A stretch of DNA of 64,000 nt, taken from assembly GCA_964016885.1 (NCBI GenBank), contig OZ024741.1, forward strand, positions 59,706,001-59,770,000. The letters are read 5' to 3'. The translations under genes and the position numbers were made by a program. The notes beneath the pieces are model-generated. The model ran no database searches. It was not told where the DNA came from and saw nothing but the letters and a program-made list of their open reading frames with translations. Shown here in pieces: positions 43,178 through 57,559 of this stretch. The number at the start of each line of letters is the position of its first letter. Position 1 is the stretch's first letter. The DNA comes from Eledone cirrhosa (lineage: Eukaryota).

Positions 43178-45012
43178 AACTTTGATAACTTTGATAGGTT
43201 TCGGCCAGTATCGGCCCAGGCCATGTCTAACTAAATAGCACCACCTGGCGAAAACCTACAAATCAGTGTTTGGGCACCATGGCCCACTTGAGCAGAGATT
43301 TATTGTTTACGGGGGCATATCCGGGTGTAGGAGGCTTATCCGGGATGTATTGAAGGAATTTATCCAAAGACTTCTTGAACTTGATGGGGTCTGTCTCTGC
43401 TTTGATGTGTTATGGTGTAATGTTAAAGAGTGCAGGGCCAATTGAGGTGAAATAATTGTGTCGTATTATTGTTATGTGATGCGAGTGAGATTTTTGTCGT
43501 GGGCGGATAGCACGGGGCCCAAGCCTTGGGTGTACACTAAAGGTGATGCCAACATCATTTGGGCAAAGCTGATGGAATAGTTTCCATATCATACAGATAA
43601 TGTAGCGCTCACGGCGACGTTGGAGAGAATACAGTTTTAGCTTTTCTAATCGACTCCAATAGTCAAGGCCTGTCATGCCATCTATCTTTTTTGTAATTGG
43701 CCTTTGGGGTGCTTCAACTTTCATGATACTTTCTTTGTTTCGTGTGGGGTGACCACAGTGGACACCAGTATTCAAGGTGGGGTCGGGCAAAAGTGGAGAA
43801 GAGAAGGATAACAGTGTGGATATCTCTCGACTGGAAAGTTCTGAGAATCCAGGAACACATTCTGCAGGCCATATCAACTTTGCTGTTTATATGAGTGGCC
43901 CAGCTTATGTCGTTGTCCACAATTACTCCCAGGTCTCTGATGCTATTGGATGCCACTAGAGTTTCACCCGAAGGAAGAGAGTATGGTAATTTCGGGTCAT
44001 CCTTTTTTCCAAAGTGGATTAATTCAAATTTATCCTCATTCAACAGCATATTATTCATTTATGCCCATTGGATAACAGCCAGTAGGTCTGACTGAAGGCA
44101 AGTCCTGTCACCCACCTCATTGATGACCCTTTGGGGCTTGGAATCATCTGTGAAGATTCTGATGTAGCTGTGCTTGATGATGTCAGTAATGTCATTAATG
44201 TAGATGATGAAAAGAAGTGGGCCCAACACAGTGCCTTGTGGGACGCCACTGCTGACTTTGGCAGGGCTTGATTTTACTCCTTCGACTACAACATGCTGGG
44301 TTCTGCCTGTCAGGAAACATTTGATCCACTGTAGTAATCTTCCAGAGACACCAACATTGGATAGTTTTTTCAGTAGAATCTTATGATCAACCCTGTCAAA
44401 GGCCTTGCTGAAATCAAGGTAGATGACATCAGTGTTGGAGCCCTCTCCCAAGGCTCTCAAAACATTGTCAAAGTGATGTAGGAGCTGCGTTAGGCAGTCC
44501 CTTCCATTACGGAACCCATGTTGGTTGGAGTTCAACAGGCCGTTGATTTCAAGAAAATGGGTTATTCATGATCTCACCACCCTCTCAAATACCTTGATAA
44601 TATGAGAGTTGCGTGAGATCGGACGGTAGTTCACTGCAAGGGACTTATTTCCCTTTTTGAAGACTGGGACAACGGACTGGGACAGAAAGTTTTCAGGAAT
44701 ATAGCCAGTGTCCAGTGAGTTCCTCCACATATTAGCAAGAGGAGATGCAAGTTGGTGTCGACACACCTTCAGGACAAAAGCAGGGAACCTGTCGGGGCCT
44801 ACTGCTGAATTGTCTTTAATTTCGTTTATTGCCGCTAAGACATCAGGAGCGCCAAAATTTATGTCTGATATAGTGTGTTGGGGATTAACATCACTGAGAC
44901 GGCCCAGATCAGCCATATCAGGATTGCTGAAAACAGAGCAGTATTGTTTCTCCAGTATCTCACCCATGGTTTTGGCATTGTCTTGGAGTGTGCCATTTTC
45001 ATCAACTAGGGG

Positions 45013-45015
<3 letters not shown>
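43178..45015 (-). mobile_element. 5'-truncated, decayed copy of the same CR1-group LINE (RT + C-terminus + 3' UTR)
   Basis: ORF fragments 44566-44967, 44059-44535, 43714-44058 and 43410-43877 match ORF2 from ~62769 onward and add LKLYSLQRRRERY. It ends in a short (ATCAAAGTT)2 tail and has TA tracts on both sides. Confidence 0.93.
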
Positions 45016-45087
<72 letters not shown>

Positions 45088-46366
45088 TTATTAAAATAGC
45101 AGATTAAAGTTTAAGCAAACAGCCCCACATTATACCCTAACAGATAGTACGAACTATACGCGGATATTTTACGTCTTGATGTGGTAGCTAAGTATTTGTT
45201 ATGTTTATACCATTACTCTTTTGTATAGGAAAGTATATTTTACCTGTATGTTTTGTGAAGGTACGTATACTTTCTCGTTCGTATATTTGTTTGTATATGT
45301 TATGGAGTATATATTATATATTCTGGTACATGTACATTTGTTTATGTGTATACGCGAGTTTTGCGTCTGTGTGAGTATGCGGGTTCGTACGTATGTAGGG
45401 TGTGTGTATATGTGTACTTTGTGTTTTGGTCGACGTACGTCTGCGAACATATGTGTATTTACAAGTAGGTATGTGAGTGCGCGCGTTATTTACGTATTTA
45501 TTCATTTATATACGTTTATTTATTTATATGTATACACGCATACACATATATATATATATATATATTTTTTTTATATATCTTTTTTATGTGCATTTGGTGT
45601 ATACGTTCGTATGTGTGCGGGTACAGGCGTTGCGTGAGTTCTGTATGTGCGTGCGGGTTTTTTTTGTCTACGTGCTTGTATTTGTACACCTATGGCGAGT
45701 GTTTTCGCGTATGCTTGTGTATTTACGTATATGGATGCGTATATGTATTTATTTAATTTCAATTACTTCTGTATTTTATTTACTTTATTCTTAACTCTGA
45801 AGCCGGTTTTCTAGTTCGGTTTTCTAGTTAGAAATTTAGTTTTCTAATTCGGTTTTCTAGTTAGAATTTTAGTCTTGGACTTCAGTTATACCATTTAAGT
45901 GCTTTTGTCTTTGTGTGTAATTGTTCTCAACGATCCACATAATGACGTATTATCTTCGTTTTTTTCTGTTCATTACCAGAGAACGTCTCTACGAACCACC
46001 TAATAGAATATTAATCTACGATTTCATGTATACCCTAAACGTAGTTCTGTCTTTTCGTGTAATTGTTTTCACCGTTCCAAATATTAACGTATTATTTTCG
46101 TTTTTTCCGTTCTTTGCCAGGAAACGTATCCACGAACCAAAGTATCGTCTTCCTGTCTTCCTTCGGTTGCAACGTTTTTTGAAATATTTACTTCTGCGTT
46201 CACAGATTGACTTTTTTAATTTCAGAAGAAACTAAAAGCAGCGATTCTTTGCTTAAACTTTAATCTGTTATTTTAATAAATATTTGCTCTACGGTGGTTA
46301 TATATTTGATATATATTTATCCTTATCGAGCCCTCTTTGGATTTTAGTCTTCAAATTTATTATTAT

Positions 46367-46418
<52 letters not shown>

Positions 46419-46850
46419 CGAAGGAATTGTGGTAAGGAACCGGATGGACCATAACACACCAGAGTACTCAATACTTAGTGTAGTAGAGTGGGTAATAGGA
46501 AAAAGTATGACCCCGACGGCGGAATACGGTAAAGCGTGTTCCGCCGTCGGAGTCATACATTTTCATATATATATATATATATATATAATTGAAAAAGTGG
46601 AGAATAACATGGTCAACAGTACAAAAAAGGAAATGTATTTAATAAATCTCCTTTTTTGTACTGTTGACCATGTTATTCTCCACTTTTACAAATTAATTAC
46701 TCTGAGATAAACTTACATAGGAATACAAGTGAAATCATAAACTCGTCATCTACGTAAACCTCATGTTGAGTCATACAACGCCGTACGGTAAAACTATCCA
46801 TGATAAGAAGTATTCACAACCTCTAACTGGCTTACCTATAACGATATCTT

Positions 46851-46968
<118 letters not shown>

Positions 46969-47058
46969 ATTAATACATCTACCAACATATGCTTACAGAT
47001 GTACACTAATATGGGTTCCTAGTGTCCGCGCATTGCTTGGGAACTTAGCTGAGAATAG

Positions 47059-47140
47059 ACTCCCTGATGACGTAATGAATTCTCGATAGTTACATTGTGT
47101 AACTATATTTATCCCATTACAGAAACTAATTAGTTGGAGT
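47059..47140 (+). ncRNA. Type I hammerhead with extended stem II (family B)
   Basis: Stem I ACTCC/GGAGT; CTGATGA; stem II GTAATG...CATTAC; GAAAC; palindromic stem III ACTAATTAGT; GTT triplet. Confidence 0.72.
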
Positions 47141-47196
47141 GAAAATTTTAGTAAGTAAGTTGATTTTTAATTTTTTAAATTTTCTTATTCTACGTC

Positions 47197-47261
<65 letters not shown>

Positions 47262-47264
47262 CAA

Positions 47265-48770
47265 AAAGGCTGGCAAGAGATATTATTCCAATTATAAAGG
47301 ATCACCTGGTTAAGCCTCCTCGGTAAAATTTATACTATATATCGGTCGAAGAGATATAGGTATATTGACAAGTCTAAGTTAGCTGGTGAGCAGTGTGATC
47401 TTCGCCTCGGACGCAGCATAAACTAGCAAATATGCACATTGGGGCAGGATTTGGCAAATCGCGGAAGCATTGCCAAGATGTGTATACTTATTTCGTAGAT
47501 CTCAAAAAGTTATATGGTTCATTTCATGGGATCTGTTGCGGATAGTTCTGCAGGAATATGGGGTCGATGGACAGACACTATACGAATGGCCTCGTATTTG
47601 TATTTGTATGAATGCTGCTCAGTGGGAAATATTCAATGTAGGTGTCGAATTCCATACAAGGTGCATACTGTCACGTCTACTCTTCATAATCTTCATGAAA
47701 AAAACTGATATACACAGCCGACAGGGAAGTGTGTGTGTATGTGTGTGTGTATGTGACAGCTCACACCTATGAAGGTTTAGCTGGCCTTCTCCAATGTATA
47801 TCTCGTTGGAGGTGTCTTGGGTAATTTAATGATAGGGACCCCAGTCCTATCATCTCATTTCCACAGCTGAGTTAACTAGAGCAACGTGAAATAAAGTGTC
47901 TTGCTCAAGGAAACTATACATCACCCGGTCTGAGAATTGAACTCACAACCTTTCGATTGCAAGCCCAATGCTCTAAACACTAAACCACGCATCTTTGAGG
48001 GGGAAGTGCTACCAGGACAGGCGAATGTATGATCGTTCGTCTGGAATTTGCAAACGACTTGGTGTTAAATTGTCTGTAGGTGATCTCCCAGATGCGCATG
48101 ATAGGTTTTATGTTGTGTGTCGCGTGGCAAGAATAAAAATTAATGATGCGGAGACTTAGACACTTGGCCTTTCAAGCAGGTTGAAACGTTCATGTCTCTC
48201 GGGGCAGTGTTCACGAGTGATGCAAAGAAGAAATGCAGGAGCTGGTGTAGAGGCGCGTCAGCTTCAGCTTTCGGTAATCAGAAGAAGCAAGTAGGTGTAA
48301 AAGTCAAACTTCCTATCTTGAATTCGGTATTCGCACCAAACCATACCTATAGGCATGGACCATGATTAATAACCGAAATAATACGATCGCAAAATCAAGC
48401 GGGTGAAATGGGGTTCCTCTGAAGGGTCTTTGGGACAACGTTACTCGATAGAATGCATATCACGGTTTGGTAGTTGTTTCACGTAGAGCCACTATTTCTC
48501 TGAAGTGAGAGATCAGAACTCCGATACTACGAACATGTAGATAGAGTGTCTCAGGAAAGAAGCCCTGGGCTGATTTTACGCGTGAAATCAACCAGGGTAT
48601 ATTCTGAGCAAGCTGGTTGGATAACGTCCACGAGCTCGCTTGGTTTCGTGTTTGGAACCAACCGGATCAATGGGAGATGGTTTCTTCTGACAGGATCCGG
48701 GGGTGTCGTGTTTGAGGATTCTGCCCCCATAATCCTCCCAGAAATATGTGGGTGATGAAGAAGAAGAAGA
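47265..48770 (+). mobile_element. Decayed RTE LINE (RT to 3' end) interrupted by a SINE near 47760-47995
   Basis: Degenerate FVDL.K.Y, LQEYGVDG, LLFIIFM and AGEMGFL.RV motifs, and a (GAA)n tail at ~48757-48770. Confidence 0.65.
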
Positions 48771-48782
48771 AATATCTACCTA

Positions 48783-48897
<115 letters not shown>

Positions 48898-48938
48898 GAT
48901 ATTAAATAAATGGAAACTATATTTATAAAACCATATTT

Positions 48939-49002
48939 ATTTCATTATATATATTTCAGGGATATCATATTAAAAATATGGTATGCCTTCATCAGACAAA
49001 AT
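48939..49002 (-). ncRNA. Minimal type I hammerhead (family A)
   Basis: Minus strand reads ATTTTGT-CTGATGA-AGGCATACCA...TGATATCCCT-GAAATATATATA-ATGAAAT. Confidence 0.68.
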
Positions 49003-49651
49003 ACAATATAAGCAGTCTTATAAATAGATAGATTTGACATACCTTACAACTTCAACTTCCATTTAAAAAGTTGATTTGGTAGTGAAAAATGTTAGGGACA
49101 GTTATAAAAAGAAAGAAAGAAAGAAAGCGAAGAAAAAGAAGAAATGCATGCAACGAAAAACAGAGAGAGATAGATATAGAGAGATAGATAGAGAGAAGAA
49201 ATTCATGTAAAGAAAAAACAGAGAGAGATAGATAGAGAGAGAAAAAAACAGAGGGAGATAGATAGAGAGAGAGAGAGAGAAGAGAGAGAGAGAAAAAATA
49301 GAGAGAGATAGATATAGATAGAGAGAAAGAAAATAGGTAGTTGGGCACCAGTTGAATGACGTATCAATGATATATTTATTTATTTATTTATTTAGTTCTA
49401 GTATTAAGGTAGAGAGAGATATATGTGGTTAGGAGAGAAAACAGCCGTTGCATAGAGAGAAAAGAAAAATATCCAGAGATAAACGTATGAATTAGGTATT
49501 ATAATGTAAATATCAGTATTCATGAATGAGACACGTATCAATAATGTGTGAAAAATAATGATCATATGTCTAGTTTAAAATTCCTAGGTTTATAATCAGA
49601 ACTGAGGTAAAAAAAACTGATATAAAAAAACTGAGATAAACAAAAAACTTC

Positions 49652-49682
<31 letters not shown>

Positions 49683-50346
49683 AATACATAAGTATATATG
49701 CACTTTCATGAAAAAAGAAAAAGAAAATAGAAGGTTATCCCAGATTCGATACTATAGACATCCATGTGAATTTACGTGATCAACTCAGCAAATTCCTATT
49801 TCACATGAAAACATTCTCATAGTGCTATAAAAATTCTAATATACATATATGTGTACATACACACAAATATATATAGAATCTACATTAATTTTAACAATAC
49901 TATTCTTGTCTTTACTCTACATGATTATCGTTCAAGCATAAATAGACAACAGATATCAATATATCAATAAAAATATTAAAAAATTAAAAAATATTAAAAA
50001 TAAAACACAGTATGCCCCGCAAATCAACCACAGAAATCAACCCTACAAAATTAATTGACAATATATTGCCAAGTTCATTATAAGCATCAGAATCAAAAGC
50101 AAACAAAACCAAAATTATTTACCAAATCCTGTCTAGCAGAAATCATTCCAAAAGTTTAGGATACCCATTTGATCTACAGATGGTCTTATATTTATTATAG
50201 AAGTTTATCTAGTGTAAAATTTATTCGATATATTTGGAGCATCAGCTTTTAGGGTAGTTTTATTATTCATGAAGAATGTTTAAAAAAAGAAATCGAAAGA
50301 TTTATCGGCGAGTTTCATAAATAATTACAAATCATAAGTAAATATA

Positions 50347-52195
50347 CTACATTTTAAATTTATATTTATATTTAAAAGTTGAGTTCAATCTATGTCTGCA
50401 GCAACTGAATAAATTTGTCCGTAAATTAAGGGAATTTTTAGATTTTAGTATAAAGAATATCTCCTCCGCGCAGAGGTCACATGTCTCAGAAGATGAATTA
50501 AAAGGAATCCCTCTTGAGACTATATTCCAAGCCGTCGAATATCCAACGTTATCATGCTTAAGTTGCCAGGGTAAGCCTGATAATGATGTTGAAGATTTTT
50601 TGCTTGGATCTGTGAAAGAATTCTTGTGGTTATTATAGCGAAGTTTAAATTCTGTCGAGGTGGAACCAACATAGTTAAAAGAATTTAAGTCCGTTTTAAC
50701 ATTACAGTTGTATATTATATTTTTAACTAAGCAATTGTTATTTAACGGACATTTAGATCTATCTCTACAGTTACATTTGTTTACTTGGATATTATTTATG
50801 CTATTATCGGTATTTTGGCTAGGTTTTAAATTCCTATTATTTATTCTATTAATATTTTGTGCTAAATTTTTGGTGGATGAGTAAGTTAATTTTATAGTAT
50901 GTCTATTGAAAATTGAGTGATACTTATGTGTTCTAGGGAAGCGATTATCAAGAGCATTAAAAAATAGTTTAGCGATGTGGGTTTTAATGTTTAGTGAGAA
51001 AGGGGGGGGGGGAAACCATATTATATTCCTAGTTCTATTTCTTTTTTGGCTTTTGGAATTATTGTAATGCTTTCTATTATAGTTGTTAAAGTTGTTGCCG
51101 TAATTAAAATTGTTGTTATTTTGGTTAGTTTGTCTATTATTATCTATGTACATAATTTTATCACTATATCCTGCTCTAGCTAACGCTTCATTGTAATACT
51201 GGGCTTTTTCGTCGAAAATCTTTTTATTAGATGAGATTCTAGAGATACGTTTTTGAACAGAGTTCACTATAGTATTTTTAACAGATCTGGGGTGGTTAGA
51301 GTTAAAACTGACAGTTTAAGTTTTCATTCAACTTGTGAAATGGATAGTGAAGACATGTGTTGAGATTTAATGTTACATCTAGGAAATTGACTATTCTATG
51401 GTTATTCTCAATTTCTATTTTTAGATTAAAGTAATTAAAAAATTGTGTAATTTGTTTTCTTTTTCTATTTAGTTCAGAGTTATTATTTTGAATAAGTAAA
51501 AGCATGTCATCTCTATATAATCCTCCGGTAGCACCGGGTATTTTCCTATGCAGCGAATTGATTATAAATAGGCCCACAAGGTCAGTTACCTGAGCTGAGT
51601 CGGATGATCCCATAGTAATGTCGAAATTGTTATCTCTATCTGCTCTGGTCCATAGTTGGTTATTAAATTCTATCAATGTTTTACTAGCCGATAATATAAT
51701 GTGCATTTCATTGCTAGTTAGGTCTGTATGTTTGAATGCGTAATTTAGTGCCTTATTTAGTAGATTAGGGGTAATAGATGAATAATAGTTAGCAATATCT
51801 AGTTGAATAAATTTATTATTATTGTTATATTTAATTTCTTTAAACCACTCAATAACCTCTCCAGTTCCCTTCCACAAGCTCAAGTTAGGTAAACAATTCA
51901 AGTTTTTAATTTGCTGTATCACCCTGTCTAGAATGTTTTTGCTAAGTTTACCCAGGTCAGATTTTGATGGTGCAATCAATCTGACTGGCAGGTCATTTTC
52001 AAAATTTCTTTTGTGATCTTTCATATTGATCTTGGGTTTCCTGGGCACGAAAGGTTGTGTTTTGTTCTCAATTTCCAACTCATGCATTATACAAGATGCC
52101 TCAACATTCATTTTCTCAAGCTCGGCCTTATCTGCTACCTTGTACTTTTTCCTCAGTTCTTTCAGTATGAGGCCATTATACATGTCTTTTTGCAC
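50347..52195 (-). pseudogene. Naiad-type RT/GIY-YIG polyprotein remnant
   Basis: ORFs 51302-52195 and 50347-51267 are consecutive parts of one protein broken near 51300. Confidence 0.9.
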
Positions 52196-52218
52196 TCCAT
52201 GGAGGTTGTTGGTCTTGT

Positions 52219-52274
<56 letters not shown>

Positions 52275-52330
52275 TAACAGATTAAAGTTTAAGCAAAGAA
52301 TCGCAGCTTTCACCCTTAACGGGATCTTCT

Positions 52331-52414
<84 letters not shown>

Positions 52415-53028
52415 ATATATATATTTAGAGAGAGAGAGAGAGATACATAAATAAACACAATATATATATGTATGTATATATATACATATATATACATACA
52501 TATGTATATATATACATATATATACATATGTATATATATACATATATGTACATATGTATATATATACATATAATCGGGGGCTACCTCCTTTCGGGAAAAC
52601 CACGTGATTGCCACCGGTGTTTACTGTTAAAATTCACAACCGGAGCGGTTGAGAACGGAATCTTGTTGAGAAAGGGTATCCTCTGTTCGAACGCCCCAAA
52701 CCAATAACTTGCATGCCCTGCAAGTGGGTTTTGTTGATTTCGGATTTACAGAAACCTAGCCGAGATATTGTATAATATCGACGCGATGGTCCAGGTTTGA
52801 CATATTTTCCTGAGTCAGTTTTCTCGTTGCTTTGATCCCTGCGGCTAGCTTACCGGTCGCTGTCTTCAATTTGCAAAGCTCTCTAAACGTAACTCTAATG
52901 TAAAATACCTTATTGAGTGCTTAGCTGCACGTTCCGGTTGCATTCGTTAGCTTAGCTGCAGCCAGTGCTTCGATTATGCTGTACTTACATTAGTATATAT
53001 ATATATATATACACACACACACGCACAC

Positions 53029-53108
<80 letters not shown>

Positions 53109-53122
53109 ACACATACCCACCC

Positions 53123-53200
<78 letters not shown>

Positions 53201-54030
53201 GGAATAGAATGAAACGAAATTTCATTTCTCACTCTTAGTACGGCACTTACTTAAATGTAAGTATGTATGTATGTATACGTACATACATATATGTATACAG
53301 ACGTACAGTAGTATGTATATATATATATATATATGTGTGCATGTATGTATATATATACATACTACTCTACGTCTGTATACATATATGCCTAAACACTGTG
53401 CGGCTTAAGTCGAGCTGTTTGTTTATTTACAAACAAACAAACCGAGCATTATAATAAATGTTCGGTAAACCGATACGTGCATATATATATATGTGTGCAT
53501 GTATGTATATATATATACTACTGTACGTCTGTATTCATATATGTATGTACGTATACATACATACATACTTACATCTAAGTAAGTGCCGTATTAAGAGTGA
53601 GACATGAAATTTCGTTTAATTCTATTCCATTTATCGTTTTCGGTGTTCCCGCCGACTGAACTCACTCGATATGCAAATTAGGCTGATCAGCCGCTAATAT
53701 GCATAAGGAAACCATCTGGTCCACCATCTGGCAGGATTGTATAATATGCTGACGATAGCGAATAAGCTTGAAACTAGTACATCGTTCCTGTGTAAGTGTT
53801 GAACAAAAAGGGGACGTGGTTGCCTAAACACTGAACGGCGTAATTCGGGATGTTTGTTTGTTTACAAACAAACAAACTGAGCATTATAATAAATGTTCGG
53901 TAAACCGATACGTGCATATATATATGTGTGCATGTATGTATATATATACATACTACAGTACGTCTGTATACATATATGTATGTACGTATACATACATACA
54001 TACTTACATTTATATATATATATCATTATA

Positions 54031-55384
54031 TATATAAAGAATTAGTATATCTACCAACATATTTATACAGATGTATCTAGCAAAGATATAGGTTTTGTCT
54101 TAGTAACTTTGTGGTTCAATACAAAGAGATGTAGAACAATTATATAAAAGACGTAAAGTAAGAAAATTATAGTAATTAACTTACTTACTTAAATTTCACT
54201 CCAACTAATTAGTTTCTGAAAGGGATATACATAGTCTTTAAATGGAGACCATGGAGAATCCTTTCTTCATCAGGGAGACATTCTCGGCTAAGATTCCTGG
54301 CAATACGCGGACACAGGGAACTTATACAAAAATAATTCAGTGGATGGAAAAAAGCAAGTGCGGACTAAATTCCAAGACATTGAACATTTTACTGCCTTCA
54401 TGGTCAGTGGCAAATTCAAAAGAATTAATCACGTGACATCGAGGTTAATCAGTGAGGAGTGGGGTGTTAAAAATACAGTAGCCAAACTAATACTATGAAC
54501 CATAGTAGTAATTCAGGCAAATTTTTGCTCGAGAAAATAATTTGGAGATAATTATAAAGAATTAGTATATCTACCAACATATTTATACAGATGTATACAT
54601 ACGCTAGCAAAGATATAGGTTCTGTCTTAGTAACTTTGTGGTTCAATACAAAGAGATGTAGAACAATTATATAAAAGACGTAAAATAAGAAAATTATAGT
54701 AATTAACTTACTTACTTAAATTTCACTCCAACTAATTAGTTTCTGAAAGGGGATACACTTAGTCTTCAAATGGAGACCATGTATATCCCCTTTCAGAAAC
54801 TAATTAGTTGGAGTGAAATTTAAGTAAGAAATTTTTACTATAATTTTCTTATTTTACGTCTTTTATATAATTGTTCTACATCTCTTTGTATTGAACCACA
54901 AAGTTACTAAGACAGAACCTATATCTTTGCTAGCGTAAGTATACATCTGTATAAATATGTTGGTAGATATACTAATTCTTTATAATTATCTCCAAATTAT
55001 TTTGTTGAGCAAAAATTTGCCTCAATTACTACTATGGTTCATAGTATTAGTTTGACTACTGTCTTTTTAACACTCCACTCCTCACTGATTAACCTCGATG
55101 TCACGTGATTGATACTTTTGAATTTGCCACTGACCAGGAAGGCAGTGAAATTTTCAATGTCTTGGAATTTAGTCCGCGCTTGCTTTTTTCCATCCACTGA
55201 ATTATTTTTGTATAAGTTCCGTGTCCGCGTATTGACAGGAATCTTAGCCGAGAATGTCTCTCTGATGAAGAAAGGATTCTCCATGGTCTCCATTTGAAGA
55301 CTATGTATATCCCCTTTCAGAGACTAATTAGTTGGAGTGAAATTTAAGTAGGTAAGTTAATTATTATAATTTTCTTATTTTACG

Positions 55385-55392
<8 letters not shown>
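54031..55392. repeat. Large palindrome built from ~520-bp tandem units
   Basis: 54553-54779 repeats 54033-54251 directly, and 54780-55392 is the reverse complement of the left part. Confidence 0.9.
54197..54278 (-). ncRNA. Type I hammerhead (family B)
   Basis: Minus strand reads CTCC-CTGATGA-AGAAAGGAT...ATCCCTTTCA-GAAACTAATTAGTT-GGAG. The mirror copy at ~55257-55338 has GAGAC instead of GAAAC. Confidence 0.68.
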
Positions 55393-55461
<69 letters not shown>

Positions 55462-55496
55462 AATATGGAGAGGAAGCACATGAGTTAGGATATATA

Positions 55497-56669
55497 TATA
55501 TATATGAAAACAGGGAGAAAAAGACGATTATTAGGAATAAAAATATATTGGTTTCCCTTTTTATTTATTTCTTTATTTTTTCTGGGTTAGAAAATGATTA
55601 AAACGAAATATTTTACTTCGTGTGAAGTGTTAAGGTATTAGCTGATTTATTTATTAATTAACAATGGCATTTATTTATGTATTTATATATTTAATAATTG
55701 TCTGCATTATCAAATGATAGTAATATGTATTGGTGTAGAATGGTGGTGTTGGACATGTTAAAGAAATGGTGCAGAAAGAATAATGTTATTTACAAACAAG
55801 GTTTATGAAGTGAAAAGAAAAAAAGAAAAAAGAAAAAAAGCGACGTAATGTGGAGCATAAAAGTCAATGTGAAAAAAAAAATGTTATTTGCAGGCATAGT
55901 TCTTGAAGTTAAGCAGATCAAAATGTGTTAATATAGCAAAGGTGCTTAGTTGATCCATGATGGAAGCAAACGGTGGACTGGGGTTTGATATGATTTCCCT
56001 TTTTAGAACGAATTGGAACGAACAATCAAACATTTACAAATACCTGTCTCTCTAAAAAGTTACCTCCCTTACACCCTACCTAATCCTTTTTCTTAAATAA
56101 ATTAAATCATCCAGCATGAATTACCTCCCCCAGCATATTAACTCTCTAAAAAGGGAAATCATATCAAACCCCAGTCCACCATTTGCCTGCATCATGGCAC
56201 CCTTGCTATATTAACACATTTTGATCTGCTTAACTTCAAGAACTATGCCTGTAAATAACATTATTTTTTCTTTCACATTTTTATGCTCCACATTATGCCT
56301 CTTTTTTTTCTTTTTTCTTTTTTCTTTTTACTTTTTTCTTTTCACTTCATTAACCTTGTTTTTAAATAACATTATTCTTTCTGCACCATTTCTTTAACAT
56401 GTCCAACACCACCATTCTACACCAATACATATTACTATCATTTAATAATGCATAAAAATGCTGAAACCGGTAATAGACAATTATTAAATATATAAATAAA
56501 TAAATAAATGCCATTGTTAATTTAAAAAATAAATCAACTAATACCTTAACACTTCACACAAAGTAAAATATTTCGTTTTAATCATTTTCTAACCCAGAAA
56601 AAAGAGAGAAATAAATAAAAAGGGAAAAAAAAAATTTTTTCTTCCTAGTAATCGTCTTTTTCTCCCTGT

Positions 56670-56680
<11 letters not shown>
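55497..56680. repeat. Long inverted repeat (~510-bp arms, ~140-bp spacer)
   Basis: ATGAAAACAGGGAGAAAAAGACGATT...GATTTCCCTTTTTAG is mirrored by CTAAAAAGGGAAATC...AATCGTCTTTTTCTCCCTGTTTTCAT, with TA tracts outside both arms. Confidence 0.9.
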
Positions 56681-56708
<28 letters not shown>

Positions 56709-56762
56709 AAAGTTCTATTTAAATTGTTGGGATACAACAAGCAAATATTTTTATAACTGATA

Positions 56763-57422
56763 CTAGCAGTAAAGCCCGGCGTTGCTCGGGGTCGCTCAGT
56801 AGCTGTGTTAAAGTTACAATGTTAAGTTTCTTTTTTGGCTTAAAGTCTGTCTGCACGACTGTCTGTCTGCACGCCTAACGAAATTTACAGATACATATAT
56901 TTTAAATAAACTTATATAATTTTTGCTTTTTTTTACGAAATATTTGCTTGTTTTACGTAGTCTTTAAATAGACTTGCTTTCAAGTAAAAATATTGTTTTA
57001 AAAGGCTTTTAAATGGAAATGAAGCAAAACGGAAGCTTAGTGTTCGAACTGATGAATTTTGCAAGTCAAAATTTTGCTGGCTCGACAACTGTTCGTGTAT
57101 TGTGTTAATGTCATTTTAAACGCTGAGAAAGCCAGCGTAATTTTTTTTATTTTTGCACGCAGAAAATGTAAACAGAACGTAAGACGCTCAATGTAAACAG
57201 AACAAAGGGAAATAACTCGTCACTTACGCTCAAAAATCGATACATTAGATTCGATTTCGTCACATAGGGTGGGTCAATTTGAAATATTTCTTTTCCGATG
57301 TCTTCGCTAGGACTCAATGTACAAGTATAGCAATTTCGGTGCAATTCCGTCAGAGATTCTAAGAGGAGATGTGTGCCAAATATCGATAGACAGACAGACA
57401 ACCACAGCTTTATATATATAGA
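56763..57422 (-). mobile_element. Non-autonomous Helitron
   Basis: On the minus strand it starts TCTATATATATAAAG with a (CTGT)n tract and ends with hairpin CCCGAGCAACGCCGGG then CTAG. It is inserted between A and T with no TSD. Confidence 0.8.
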
Positions 57423-57496
57423 TAAAGCAATCAACAAATATTTGGAGTAAAAATACGATATTAACAAATGGAAACTATATTTAAAAAAACATATTT

Positions 57497-57559
57497 ATTT
57501 CATTATACATATTTCAAGGACACCAAGTTAAATTGTGGTGTGCTTTCATCAGATAAAAT
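57497..57559 (-). ncRNA. Minimal type I hammerhead (family A), left arm of an inverted pair
   Basis: Near-exact reverse complement of 58141-58203. Confidence 0.72.
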
